Below the pieces are notes generated by a model. It made no database searches, was not told the DNA's origin, and saw only the letters and a list, made by a program, of their open reading frames with translations. A stretch of 64,000 nucleotides of DNA from an uncultured Chloroflexia bacterium (GTDB lineage: Bacteria; Chloroflexota; Chloroflexia; QHBQ01; JADMIH01), in contig CAWCNY010000002.1 of NCBI GenBank assembly GCA_963797095.1, forward strand, positions 288,001-352,000, read 5' to 3'. Positions 39,399-49,977 of the stretch are shown here, piece by piece (positions within the stretch are counted from its first letter, which is position 1; each line of letters begins with the position of its first letter). Made by a program: the position numbers and the translations under genes.

Positions 39399-40560
39399 CT
39401 AGTTATCGCGCCTGAGCACCAGCACTTTGCGCATACCTCCGCCTCCAAGCCATGACGAATATTCGACAGAGGATACCTGACTATACCCCGCAACGGGCAG
39501 ATCGCTCAATACGTAGACAGCGTCCATTAAAGGGCTTGCAGGGGAACCTGCGTATGTATAGTCGCCTGTGGCTCTTACCTTGTTGGCTCCTTCCTCGTAG
39601 AGAAACCAGTTCATCCACTCAATACCTGCATATATCTGCCGTGTGTCTACTCCACTGGCAACCAGGCTTTCTCCAGCCGCCCAGCGTGCGCTTGCGTGTT
39701 CTTTGTAGTCTCGCAACGCAACAAGGGAAAATAAGGAAATTGCTCCTATTGCTACCCAATGCGCTCTACTCTTAATTCGCTGCTGCTCATGCTCAGCTTC
39801 TCGCTCGCTTGACTGATATTTAGGAACATGAAGCAATGCCACGATTACAACTGGAAGGACGGGTAGCACATATCGATCAAACACAAATGGTGTTAGACTG
39901 GAAGTGGTGAACAAAAAGACCGTGGGTAAGATTCCTGGTTGCCTGGGCATACGCCCAATCATCAAACACAGGATACGCGCGGGCCGGAGAGATGAGCAAG
40001 ATCACAATGACAAATCCGGCAACGATGATTGCCGGATTGCGCCAATCTTTGTACTGCGACAAATCGCTCAAATCGGCAGCCCAGGAGCCTTCATAACATG
40101 CTACAGCCGGTATGGTGCCGCAGATGCAGGCGGGGTCGCCACAATATGGGCCCTCACCAGCAACACATCCACGTTGTCCGGCACGCTTCACCAAACGTGA
40201 CGAAGAACCAGGATCAGAGGCGCACTACACTTCTCTATCAAGCTTGTCGCTCCTTGCTGATCCCATGTCCTTATGCCCACAGCGTAAGGGCTAGCATTTG
40301 CAGGAGCAAGTGTATGCACTGATATTTGCCGCAGATCCAGCATGAAAGGCACAGCCAGAACGATTACTCCGCCGAGACAGATAAGCGGCAGCGTAGTAAG
40401 CGCTTGCAGTCGCAAGGCCGTTAGCCCTGTGAAGTCGTGGCCGAATGTGTTCGGATGAAGCGAACTGGAGTGATCGAAAGTGCCCTACGAGGGTACAAGG
40501 ACGAGCACAACACACCCTGAAGCCCATAGCCGCTTTATCAAGCCCATGGCTACAGAATAG
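39399..40560 (-). pseudogene. Decayed GT-C/ArnT-like glycosyltransferase remnants
   Basis: N-terminal PVFDDWAY fragment joined out of frame to C-terminal FDRYVLP fragment; further broken fragments upstream. Confidence 0.55.
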
Positions 40561-40599
40561 CTTACTGCTACAACGGTCCGGGTGCTCTATGAGATGATC

Positions 40600-42168
40600 T
40601 CAGGTGCCGCGCTTGGCTCGCTCAGCCTCTTCCCGTGCTGCCGCCTCCTGGTGCTCCTTTGCCATTATCGGCCTTGGCGCTGGCGTCGCCGCCGTAAGCG
40701 CTGCCTCTGCCTCCTCTGCCGTTAGCGTACTCCGCCTCCTCTCTTCCACCCTACCACGTTCACGCTCCCGCTCTGCTGCCCACCGCTCGCGGTTCCTGTA
40801 AAGGCCCAGACCCGCTATCAACAGCACGATTACCCCTATCACAAATATCGTTTGCGAATATCCGATCCAGTCGGCTAATGCCCCCGCCACTATCACCGGC
40901 ACCAGCAGTATCGCGTTCGAGATCGTAAAGAACGCCGAAAACACCCGCGCCCTTATATCCTCGTGTGATTGCTCCTGCAACGCCGTTTGCGCAGGCACCG
41001 AAATGAAGCTGTTGAACAACCCCAGCAGCAACGTCAGCACACCCAGGAAAGTCAGCACCACCGGCTCAGGCGGCCCTTCCCCCGACACTGCCTCGAATAT
41101 CCACACCAGTATCGGGTGCAATATAGAAAATACGATCAGCGCCGCCCCCGCCAGCAGCAGGCTGATATTGATCATGCTCTCGCGGTTCTGCGGCGTCGCT
41201 ATCTTCCCGATGATCAACACCCCTATCACAAGCCCGACCCCTCCAGGTAGCAATATATAGAAGAGCTTGCTCGACTCGATATGCACAGCCTTCTCAAGAA
41301 AGTTCGGGCCAATCGTCCCCAGCATCAAGAACACCGCGATTGCGATTGACCAGTAGATGATCGCGTTTATGATAACCGGGCGCTTCCTGATATAATCCCA
41401 CCCCTCCTTAAGCTCCGCTCCCGCGGCCCTGTACCCGCTCCGCGCTATATCGGCGGCCCCGCCCGCCACCCCGCTGACTCCTACCTTCTCCCCCTTCTTG
41501 CGCCGCTCCGCCAGCGTCTCTTCGGGCCGGTCCTCAGGCAGGAAATAAGTGCTCGCCGCCGCCAGGAAGCAGAGGATAAAGATAACTATGTACAGCCCGC
41601 TGTAGTTGTTGTGAAACACCGTACTCAGCAGCAGCGGCCCCAACACCACGAACCCCAGCAGTTGCGTAGCGGGCAATGTCAGGTTGAATAACGAGTTCGC
41701 CGCCACCAGTTCGTCACGCCGCACCACCAATGGGATCATAGATGCTTCGGCCGGGTTGAAAAACTGGCTCACCGCCGAAAAGAGCAGCGTGATCACATAG
41801 AATATCGGCAGCACCGCCCCAACCCCCCACGATGGGTCTGTGAAGAAATAGCCGAGCACCATCACGCCGCGCAGCAGGTTGGTCAGCACCAGCACCGTCT
41901 TCTTCGAGTTGCGCTCGACAAAAACACCCGCGATGGCCGCGAACAGCACAGCCGGGATCGTGAAGCAGACCACAATACCTGCAGTCGCCGTGCTCGAACC
42001 GGTGATTGCAGTCACCTGCAGCACCAACGCGAAATTCACGATCTGCTGCGCCGTTTGCGACAGTATCTGCGCTGTCCACAGCTTTACGAAATTGGGGTTC
42101 CGCAGTACATCTTTGATACCGGGGGTGGTCTGAGGTCCCTGGGCTTCCGGCTCGATGGTGGCCGCCAT
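40600..42168 (-). CDS. MFS transporter
   Basis: Multiple TMs; FVKLWTAQ, QFFNPAE, IRARVF. Confidence 0.92.
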   Translation of the reverse strand: MAATIEPEAQGPQTTPGIKDVLRNPNFVKLWTAQILSQTAQQIVNFALVLQVTAITGSSTATAGIVVCFTIPAVLFAAIAGVFVERNSKKTVLVLTNLLRGVMVLGYFFTDPSWGVGAVLPIFYVITLLFSAVSQFFNPAEASMIPLVVRRDELVAANSLFNLTLPATQLLGFVVLGPLLLSTVFHNNYSGLYIVIFILCFLAAASTYFLPEDRPEETLAERRKKGEKVGVSGVAGGAADIARSGYRAAGAELKEGWDYIRKRPVIINAIIYWSIAIAVFLMLGTIGPNFLEKAVHIESSKLFYILLPGGVGLVIGVLIIGKIATPQNRESMINISLLLAGAALIVFSILHPILVWIFEAVSGEGPPEPVVLTFLGVLTLLLGLFNSFISVPAQTALQEQSHEDIRARVFSAFFTISNAILLVPVIVAGALADWIGYSQTIFVIGVIVLLIAGLGLYRNRERWAAERERERGRVEERRRSTLTAEEAEAALTAATPAPRPIMAKEHQEAAAREEAERAKRGT

Positions 42169-42179
42169 ACTCTCCTTTA

Positions 42180-42407
42180 TCATCCTTGCAGGCCTTCCTG
42201 AGCCCCTCCACCTTCCCGGCTAACCAGCTTCTTTACCCTGCGCTCGAATTCTGAGCGCGGTAGCAATACCCGGTGATCGCACTTTGCACATTTCATTCCT
42301 ATATCGGCCCCTACGCGCACCACTCGCCAATCATAGCTTCCGCATGGGTGGGGCTTGCGCAACGTGTATACGTCACCAATTCTAATGTCCATCGGCTGTA
42401 CGGCCAC
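42180..42407 (-). CDS. DUF951 family protein
   Basis: [10 protein letters not shown]...RVGADIG.KC..C. Confidence 0.9.
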   Translation of the reverse strand: MAVQPMDIRIGDVYTLRKPHPCGSYDWRVVRVGADIGMKCAKCDHRVLLPRSEFERRVKKLVSREGGGAQEGLQG

Positions 42408-42569
42408 TCTTACTCTCCCCTCTCCTCCCCCTGAATCCTTCGTGAGCACCTCCCCCGTCGTGCATGATATTATAACATAGGGGTTACTGTCTAACTTTCA
42501 AGATAACCTTACGTCTTGACATTGCGCAGCCGAATACGTTAATCTTCCTTATAAGATACGGCACTCCAT

Positions 42570-42643
42570 ATGCCCTAATGGAGCTGGCGTAGCTCTTCTA
42601 TACACAATGCCCTAATGGAGCTGGCGTAGCTCTTCTATACACA
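42570..42643 (+). repeat. Perfect 37-bp tandem duplication
   Basis: ATGCCCTAATGGAGCTGGCGTAGCTCTTCTATACACA twice, no spacer. Confidence 0.95.
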
Positions 42644-42682
42644 TTTACCGCCTATTCTCGCGATATTCCAAGGAGCGACTTC

Positions 42683-43609
42683 ATGAGCAAAACCCCGCCC
42701 AGGCGCGGCGAAAAGCCTCCTGCACCTGGCGGAGCACGACGTACTGCGTCATCCGCAACGCCCCCAAAGACTAAAAGTGCCTCTCCCACCTCCTCCCGGC
42801 AGGCACGTACATACGAATACGATGACCAATATCATGACGATCGGTACGATGACCGCTACGACCGTTATCCACCACCTCCTCGTTCGCGCCGCCCGCCCCA
42901 GAGCAGTACGCGTCCTGGTGCCCCTGCGCCCACCCGCCGCCCGCCCCCACCGCGCTATGTAGCCCCGCGCCGCGATGCCTTCCCCATCGTCATGGGCGCC
43001 CTGGTTGGTATGATGGTCGTCGGCCTGCTCATTGTGGTCTACCTGTTGCTTAGTCAGAAGAACGGTACAGTGCCGACCGCTGCCGCCGTTAACAACAATA
43101 CCACGTCCGCCGCTCCTACAATGGCTCAGTCTTCAAATAATAGCGCTTCGGTAAGCGAGACCCTCGCGGCCAAGCGACCCGCCGAGGGCATCGGTACCGC
43201 TGTGCCTGATGAAGGCAACGCCCACGTGGCCGATGGAGAAGCTATATCTTACCAGACCTATCCACCCGCCACAGGCACCCACTATAGCACCACCGCCGAC
43301 TACGGCTTCTCCGATGCCGAGATCGCGGAGGGCTATTTCGTGCACAGCCTGGAGCATGGGGCCATCGTCCTCTATTACAAACCTGATGTCTCCGACACCA
43401 TTAAGCAGGAGTTGAAAGACACCTACAACAAACTCCCCGCCGGCAAGTACGGCAAGGTCAAACTGGTGATAGTTCCCTATACTAAGATGTCCACACCTCT
43501 CGCCATCGCTGCCTGGGATCGCCTCCTCCTCCTCAACGACTACAACTTTGACGAAATACAAACCTTCTATAATGCCTGGGTGGACAAAGGCCCTGAGGAC
43601 GTTCCGTAA
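42683..43609 (+). CDS. DUF3105 domain membrane protein
   Basis: PPATGTHY, VHSLEHGAI, IAAWD; low-complexity cytoplasmic N-terminus plus one TM. Confidence 0.88.
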   Translation: MSKTPPRRGEKPPAPGGARRTASSATPPKTKSASPTSSRQARTYEYDDQYHDDRYDDRYDRYPPPPRSRRPPQSSTRPGAPAPTRRPPPPRYVAPRRDAFPIVMGALVGMMVVGLLIVVYLLLSQKNGTVPTAAAVNNNTTSAAPTMAQSSNNSASVSETLAAKRPAEGIGTAVPDEGNAHVADGEAISYQTYPPATGTHYSTTADYGFSDAEIAEGYFVHSLEHGAIVLYYKPDVSDTIKQELKDTYNKLPAGKYGKVKLVIVPYTKMSTPLAIAAWDRLLLLNDYNFDEIQTFYNAWVDKGPEDVP

Positions 43610-43673
43610 AGCATGGTGCCTAGTCATCTCAACTGCTTCCACTCACTCGGTGTGGGTGAGTAATCTAGCTTGT

Positions 43674-43714
43674 AAATAAGGGAATTGGCGGCGCAGCCGC
43701 CAATTCCCTTATTT
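43674..43714. terminator. 19-bp-stem hairpin, probable terminator
   Basis: AAATAAGGGAATTGGCGGC-GCA-GCCGCCAATTCCCTTATTT. Confidence 0.7.
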
Positions 43715-43812
43715 GGGGTCCTTTCACACCGTTGGTGAGTGACATTTTGGTTGACACCTCTCCCGCCAGCGTGCTATGATCCTCAGGTTACACCTTTTTT
43801 CTTGAGGAGCAA

Positions 43813-44694
43813 ATGAGCATGAAGATAGGGGCCGATGATCTTGTGTTGGATGTCGGGAGTGGGCACAATCCGAACCCTCGTAGCGATATCCTTTGCGACC
43901 GCTACATCGAGGACGATACCGAGCGCGGTGGCTCTATTCGTGTTGATCGCCCTTTGATCGTGGCCGACGCACACAATCTCCCTTTCAAAGATCACGCCTT
44001 CGACTACGTGATAGCCTCTCATATCATCGAGCATATGGACGATCCTGAGAAGTTCTGTTCAGAACTGCAGCGCGTGGCCCGCCGGGGCTTCATCGCCTCT
44101 CCCACCGAATTGGCCGAGCATATGTTTTACTGGTCGTTCCATAAGTGGTACGTCAACAAATTAGGCAATAAGCTTATCCTCCACCCTAAAATAAACGTAC
44201 CTAACATCTTCGGCGACCTCTTTCATTATCTCTACGAATACAACCCCTGGTACGCCCGTTTTCACCGCTCCCTCCCCGATATGTTCTGGATGGAATATGA
44301 ATGGGACAGTCATATCAACATCGAGATTCGCGACCACTCCCCTCTGGTGCTGGATGACCCCCAAATCCTCAAGCGCATGGTGATCCCCAGAGAATCCCCT
44401 GTCACCTCTCTCAAGCGCAGCACCACCACTTTCGCTGATGAATTCCTGCCCGGCGCTACTAAGAAACTCCTCACGAAAATGCGCCGCCAGAAGCGTACCC
44501 CTGCCAGAAGAGTTAATCTCGAAGCCATCCTGGCCTGCCCTGCTTGCCTGGGCGATGTAAAAGTCCTGCGTGACTCCGTCAAATGCCAGCGCTGTGGCCG
44601 CATTTATCCTATTGAGCACGGCTTTCCTATGATGCTCCTCGACCAGGACCTCCGCCACCGCCCCGAACCACAACCTGCCCTGCACGAAGCATGA
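43813..44694 (+). CDS. SAM-dependent methyltransferase with C-terminal Trm112-like domain
   Basis: LDVGSG, LPFKDHAFD, HIIEH; LACPAC...CQRCGRIYPIEHGFPMM. Confidence 0.85.
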   Translation: MSMKIGADDLVLDVGSGHNPNPRSDILCDRYIEDDTERGGSIRVDRPLIVADAHNLPFKDHAFDYVIASHIIEHMDDPEKFCSELQRVARRGFIASPTELAEHMFYWSFHKWYVNKLGNKLILHPKINVPNIFGDLFHYLYEYNPWYARFHRSLPDMFWMEYEWDSHINIEIRDHSPLVLDDPQILKRMVIPRESPVTSLKRSTTTFADEFLPGATKKLLTKMRRQKRTPARRVNLEAILACPACLGDVKVLRDSVKCQRCGRIYPIEHGFPMMLLDQDLRHRPEPQPALHEA

Positions 44695-44750
44695 CGAGTG
44701 ACGAGTTGTTTATCGTCACTCGTCACTCGTCACTCGTCACTCGTCACTCC
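44693..44750. repeat. Heptamer repeats (GACGAGT)/(TCGTCAC)n
   Basis: Directly visible. Confidence 0.85.
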
Positions 44751-45001
44751 CGATTTCCCATCCCGTCGCTAGTACTTCTAGACGCACCATAGCGTGCGCT
44801 TGGTACTATCGTCTCCTATTGCCCTCACCTGCCTTCCGGCGGTATGACTAGGGTGGAGCACTCTCACCCTCCACCGTTGTGTTCGGAGTGTCGTCCTCCA
44901 ACTCCTCCTCCCCACCTCGTACAAGGCAATCTCCCAGCACCGCCTCAAATCCCAAACTCCTAAGCAACCAGGAACTAACAACCCGCTATCAGGAGAGAAT
45001 T

Positions 45002-46594
45002 ATGAAGCTGATATTCGCACCGGCAGCAGCGCTGATGTCACGGCTCAAATTCCCTCAGAGATTCAGCCTCATTACCATCCTCTTTCTCCTCCCTCTCTGC
45101 ATCGCGCTTCTCATGCTCCTATCGCGTATCAGCGGCGATATTACCTTTGCCCAGGGCGAGTTGAAAGGCACCACCTATCTGCGTTCTGCTCACCTTCTCC
45201 TGCGCGATACTATAAACGACTGGTTCCTCAGCCAGAACGCTATGCGCGGACTCAATGTCAATGACCAGGCGCTTACCCAGAACGCCTCTGTAATCAACGC
45301 CGATCTCAAGGTTCTGGCTAACCTCGACAGCAAGTATGGCGCGGCCTTCGGCACCACCGACGACCTCCACACCCTCCAGGATGACTGGCAGACAATGAGC
45401 GCCCTTCCTCAAACTATAGACCGCCAGGTTCTATATCGTCCCTTCATTCAGGATATTAGCACTTTGATCGCCACTATAGGCGACCGTTCCGGCCTGATCC
45501 TTGACGCTGACCTCGATACCCATTACACCATGCAGGCCGTCTTGATCGACCTGCCCAAAGCGCAAACCACCATAGCAAACCTCGCTGTATTAGGTGATGG
45601 CGTGGTCGGCAGGCGAAATCTGACCGAGGATGAGAAAGCCGCCCTGAACGCGCTCGCGACCCAGTTGATTGACCTTTTCGATACCATGGGCCGCGATGCT
45701 CAGGTAGCCTACTCCAGCAATTCCCTGGGCAACCTTCGCCCCAACATCGAACAGCCGGTGTCTGCGGCAACTTCTTCGGCCAGTGCTCTGGTAGACAGGC
45801 TCATTCGCGATGTGCTCTCGGCCCCGCTGATCCTTCTCACCACCGACTCCTGGATGGACCAGGCAAACCAGGCGCTACAGGCTAGCTACACTCAGTGGGA
45901 CGCCCAGGTCGCCCAGTTGGACGTGCTGCTGGCAGCCCGCGTTTCCTCCGCTGAAGGGAGCCGCAGTCTAGCTATTGCTCTCACAGCCGCCGTGCTTCTG
46001 CTCGTAGTCTATATGTGGATCGGTTTCTACATGGCCGTTATGAAGACCGCTGCCGGCCTGGAACAGGCTGGTGTCATACTCGCTACCGGGCGCGTGGCAA
46101 CCGCCGCCATTGATCTCGATAATAAGGACGAATTGAGCAGTCGTGTTGCATCTACGCTTAGCCAGGTAGCCAGCGCCACCAACAGGATGGCAGATACGAT
46201 CAATATCCGCACTACCGAGCTAACAGAGGTATCAACCCTCCTCGCCTACATGCACAACGGCGTGATCATTACCGATTCCGATGGCACGGTCAAAGTGCTA
46301 AACCCTGCTGCTACCAAAATGCTGGGTGTCGGATTTGGAGAGGCCGTCAACCGTCCTCTCTCTACCCTCATCCTCGACCCTCGCTTCCACACCACCATGG
46401 CCGCTGCTCTGGCTGCCCCACGCCAGCGCCACCACGTCGATGTTGCGCTGGACAACCGCATTGTATCTATCTCCGCTGTTTTCGCACCCGTCTCCCAGGA
46501 CACATATGAAGGCATGCTAATTCTGGAGGATGTAACCGAGCTGCGAACCCTCCAGCATCTCCAACAATCGCACCGCACAGTACCTGTCAGATAG
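45002..46594 (+). CDS. Membrane sensor: TM-helical extracellular domain-TM-HAMP-PAS, no output domain (paralog 1)
   Basis: LILDADLDTHY motif of MCP-type sensor domains; LAYMHNGVIITD...EDVTELR PAS; SD GGAG before ATG 45002. Confidence 0.8.
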   Translation: MKLIFAPAAALMSRLKFPQRFSLITILFLLPLCIALLMLLSRISGDITFAQGELKGTTYLRSAHLLLRDTINDWFLSQNAMRGLNVNDQALTQNASVINADLKVLANLDSKYGAAFGTTDDLHTLQDDWQTMSALPQTIDRQVLYRPFIQDISTLIATIGDRSGLILDADLDTHYTMQAVLIDLPKAQTTIANLAVLGDGVVGRRNLTEDEKAALNALATQLIDLFDTMGRDAQVAYSSNSLGNLRPNIEQPVSAATSSASALVDRLIRDVLSAPLILLTTDSWMDQANQALQASYTQWDAQVAQLDVLLAARVSSAEGSRSLAIALTAAVLLLVVYMWIGFYMAVMKTAAGLEQAGVILATGRVATAAIDLDNKDELSSRVASTLSQVASATNRMADTINIRTTELTEVSTLLAYMHNGVIITDSDGTVKVLNPAATKMLGVGFGEAVNRPLSTLILDPRFHTTMAAALAAPRQRHHVDVALDNRIVSISAVFAPVSQDTYEGMLILEDVTELRTLQHLQQSHRTVPVR

Positions 46595-46831
46595 CCCTTG
46601 ATCCTCTTTAAATCCCCATCTTGTAGGGTGGTAGTACCCCTATGCTATGGTGTGTTAGGCTATAGGTACTAGTAATGAGTATTGCCGTAGGACCACTTGA
46701 GACGCTACCCTATTAGTATAGCGGCTTACAACTTTGGCGCGTTCAAAAACGGTGAACTGCGTCCCTGTTTTTATTGCTAAGGGCACGTGATCATATGCTC
46801 CAGCCCAGGTCGTTTGGAGGTGATGAGGTAA

Positions 46832-48418
46832 ATGAGGTTAATATTTGGACCGGCCACAGCTCTGATGACGCGCCTTAAGTTCCCACAGAGATTCGCCCTT
46901 ATAACCTTCCTCTTTCTCCTACCTCTCGGCTATGCCTTGTGGGCCTTTATCAGCACGGTCAACTACCAGATTAACCTCTCGCGAAAGGAGACATGGGGCG
47001 ATGCCTACTTGCGCCCCCTACACACCCTTTACAGAGACATGACCGAGGATTGGCTCCTTAGCCAGTCTGCCCTGCGCGGCCTCACCACTAATAACGATGC
47101 CCTCCAACAGAACCAGGTCAAAATCGACCGGGACTTTGATGCACTGGCCTCCGTAGATAGCCTCTATGGCTCACAATTCGGCACAAGTCCCGCCCTATCA
47201 GCTCTCAAATCCGACTGGGCCGATGTGACGTCGCTCCCACAGAACACCAGCCGCCAATCAAAGTACGCCACTACCATTGCCGGTATCTTGAACCTCATCT
47301 CTACAGTAGGCGATAGGTCCAACCTCGTCCTCGATCCAGACCTCGACACCTACTACACTAAAGACGCTCTCCTGATCCAACTCCCTGCCCTCCAGAACAC
47401 AATAGCGGACCTCGCGGTGCGAGTAGACCCCATCCTGGCCGATGCTACTCTGACGGCCAACCAGCGCACCGAGCTTACGCTTCTTCAGGGCCAGATCCTC
47501 AAGTACAACGACAACCTCACAAAAGGCGCGGATGTGGCTTTTGCCAACAACCCCATGGGCAACCTCGAATCTGCGGTCGATGGCCCCAGGAACCAGGCCA
47601 GGATCGCTCTCAACGACTTTCTGACTATCCTCGACACCAAAATATTCCAGGCTCCCACAATCACCCTCTCCTCAACCTCCTGGATGGAACAGGCTCGTAA
47701 CGCTCTCCAGGCCAGCTACAATCAATGGGATGTGCAAGTGGCCCAGATGGACCTCCTTCTCAATAACCGTATTGCCGGTTTTGAGAGTAACAGGACCATC
47801 GCCCTCGTCATAACCCTCATTGCCCTGTTCATCGTGACCTATATGTGGGTCGGCTTCTCCAGGGCGGTCATGCACTCGGTCTCCAGCCTTGAGCAAACAG
47901 CCAACATGCTCGCCAGCGGCAATCTGGACAGCGCCGTCAGCATGAGCGCCAGAGATGAGATAAGCCAGACCGCTGCCGCCGCCATCAACAAAATGGCTAA
48001 TGTTACCACCCAGCTTAATAGCGCTATGCTTCAACGTACCAGCGAGCTAACGGAGCTTTCTTACCTGCTCGCTTACATGCACGACGGTGTGGTGATCACC
48101 GACGATAGGGGCATGATCAAAGTCCTCAACGGTACGGCTACCAGGATCCTCAACACCCACTACGACACAGCTATCTCTCAGCCTATCCTGGCTTATGTGC
48201 AGGATGCTCGTCTGCAAGAAACGATGCGCGCTGCCTGGGTTGCTCCTGGCCAGCGCTTCGCGGTTGACGTCGCCATCAACAGCCGTCTCATCTCGTTCGT
48301 AATCACTTTTGTGCCTGTAGAAGACACTAAAACGGGTTTGTTTGTTATGCAAGATGTTACTGAACTGCGTACCCTTCAGCAGCAACAACAATTCGCGTGG
48401 GTATCAACTACTCGGTAA
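46832..48418 (+). CDS. Membrane sensor: TM-helical extracellular domain-TM-HAMP-PAS, no output domain (paralog 2)
   Basis: LVLDPDLDTYY; LAYMHDGVVITDDRG...QDVTELR; colinear with paralog 1. Confidence 0.8.
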   Translation: MRLIFGPATALMTRLKFPQRFALITFLFLLPLGYALWAFISTVNYQINLSRKETWGDAYLRPLHTLYRDMTEDWLLSQSALRGLTTNNDALQQNQVKIDRDFDALASVDSLYGSQFGTSPALSALKSDWADVTSLPQNTSRQSKYATTIAGILNLISTVGDRSNLVLDPDLDTYYTKDALLIQLPALQNTIADLAVRVDPILADATLTANQRTELTLLQGQILKYNDNLTKGADVAFANNPMGNLESAVDGPRNQARIALNDFLTILDTKIFQAPTITLSSTSWMEQARNALQASYNQWDVQVAQMDLLLNNRIAGFESNRTIALVITLIALFIVTYMWVGFSRAVMHSVSSLEQTANMLASGNLDSAVSMSARDEISQTAAAAINKMANVTTQLNSAMLQRTSELTELSYLLAYMHDGVVITDDRGMIKVLNGTATRILNTHYDTAISQPILAYVQDARLQETMRAAWVAPGQRFAVDVAINSRLISFVITFVPVEDTKTGLFVMQDVTELRTLQQQQQFAWVSTTR

Positions 48419-48492
48419 GGTAGCCCGAACAGGCGGAGCAATAGTCATGTACTTTTCTTCAAGTTGTGAGAATCGGAGGATTGGAAGGCAAT

Positions 48493-49968
48493 ATGACAAG
48501 CGTGAAAACACCCACAGTTGTACAGGTAAGTTGCCCCAGATGCAACCGGGTCAACAAGCCCGGTGCTACTCGCTGCGCCGACTGCGGTGCAAACCTGCCC
48601 GGTAAACCACGTGTTGCGCTTGCCCCACTTACCACAGCACCCAACCTTACCGCTTCTAAACTTGTTGACATCGAATCGACGGAGGCTAAACTGGACATTA
48701 TGAACACCGGAGATACAAACCCAGAACGCACTTCGGAGATCGGATCGAATGCCGATACGGGTGGCCTCGATACCTCGGTAAATAGCTGGCTGTTCCAGAA
48801 CCCTAACACCGAGACCGAGACTCCGCAGCCTTCAAGCTCAAGTTTCTCTGTTAAGCTTCTGAGCGAGAAGCAGGACCCAATCATTGCCCGCCAGTGCTAC
48901 GAGCATACCACCGGCCTGCTGGACGACAAGGAAGAAATCGAGTACATCGCTACCGTAGACCAGACCATTCAATATGACGAAAAAGGCGGCAATTATGTTT
49001 GCAGCGTCGCCACCAACAAACGCATCGTCATTTATAACAGGGTTGCAACAGGCGAGTTAGACCTCGCGCACCCCGACGTCTGCCTCTGGCAGGATATGGA
49101 CGAGATCTATTTCGAAGAAGACCCCGAGATTTCGCTCAGGTTCATTGCTATCAGCGGGTGGCATGTGGAATTGAAAGACCTCTACCCACCACAGGCCAGG
49201 AGACTTTACATCTACGGTGTAGACCATAGCGAGCGCGTGTTGCGCAACCGGGTAGAGCAGCATATAGCAAATCAAGCAGGCGTTCCCTACATAAGTGAGC
49301 CTCTTGATGAAGGCAAGATGGGACGCCCTACAATAGGTAGGGCTGTCGGCATTTTCAACCCCGGCTATAGCGGGAATCAGGCTCAGCCCTCGCAATCCTC
49401 CAGACCGAGAGGAAGCACAGGCTCTCTCCTGGACACTATAATGCGCTCGGTTCAGGCGTCAGAAGGTCCCACCGAAGGGATTATGCCCACAATCAATGTC
49501 ACCAGCCCCAACCTCTCGGATCCCAATTCATCCCAACCATCCCCTGTGCCTCCCAGCGACTCCAATGTCCATCCTACCCAGCAGAATGCCGCCGATACTA
49601 CATCCGGTGGCTTGCCGGAGGGCATGGAAAGCCTCACGGGGCGGCTTCCCTACGGCGTTGAATTTACAACAGGCCCTATCCTCCGCCCTTCTTACGATCC
49701 TGCCTCCATGTCAGGGCCGCTTGGCAACTCCTTGCAAACCGAGCCTGTGGCGCAAGGGATGCCCTACTTACAGCCTTCACAACAGCCTAACCCTCCTCAG
49801 CCTGCCCAATCGCCCCAGCCAGCCCCACAGGCCAAGCCTGCCTCCTCCCTGGATGAGACCGATGTGTTTGTGATCCGTCTCCAAAAGCTGAAGAACCTTG
49901 TTGAAGCCGGACTGATTACTCAGGAAGACTACGAGAACAAGAAGAAGCAAATACTGGAAGAAATGTAA
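48493..49968 (+). CDS. Zinc-ribbon / PH-like / SHOCT domain protein
   Basis: CPRC..CADCG; EEIEYIA..VATNKRIV; LQKLKNLVEAGLITQEDYENKKKQIL. Confidence 0.78.
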   Translation: MTSVKTPTVVQVSCPRCNRVNKPGATRCADCGANLPGKPRVALAPLTTAPNLTASKLVDIESTEAKLDIMNTGDTNPERTSEIGSNADTGGLDTSVNSWLFQNPNTETETPQPSSSSFSVKLLSEKQDPIIARQCYEHTTGLLDDKEEIEYIATVDQTIQYDEKGGNYVCSVATNKRIVIYNRVATGELDLAHPDVCLWQDMDEIYFEEDPEISLRFIAISGWHVELKDLYPPQARRLYIYGVDHSERVLRNRVEQHIANQAGVPYISEPLDEGKMGRPTIGRAVGIFNPGYSGNQAQPSQSSRPRGSTGSLLDTIMRSVQASEGPTEGIMPTINVTSPNLSDPNSSQPSPVPPSDSNVHPTQQNAADTTSGGLPEGMESLTGRLPYGVEFTTGPILRPSYDPASMSGPLGNSLQTEPVAQGMPYLQPSQQPNPPQPAQSPQPAPQAKPASSLDETDVFVIRLQKLKNLVEAGLITQEDYENKKKQILEEM

Positions 49969-49977
49969 TTACGCTCT

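Noticed and set aside
42570-42643. CRISPR array (37-bp palindromic repeat)
   Set aside because: Only two units, no spacer, no cas genes in the window
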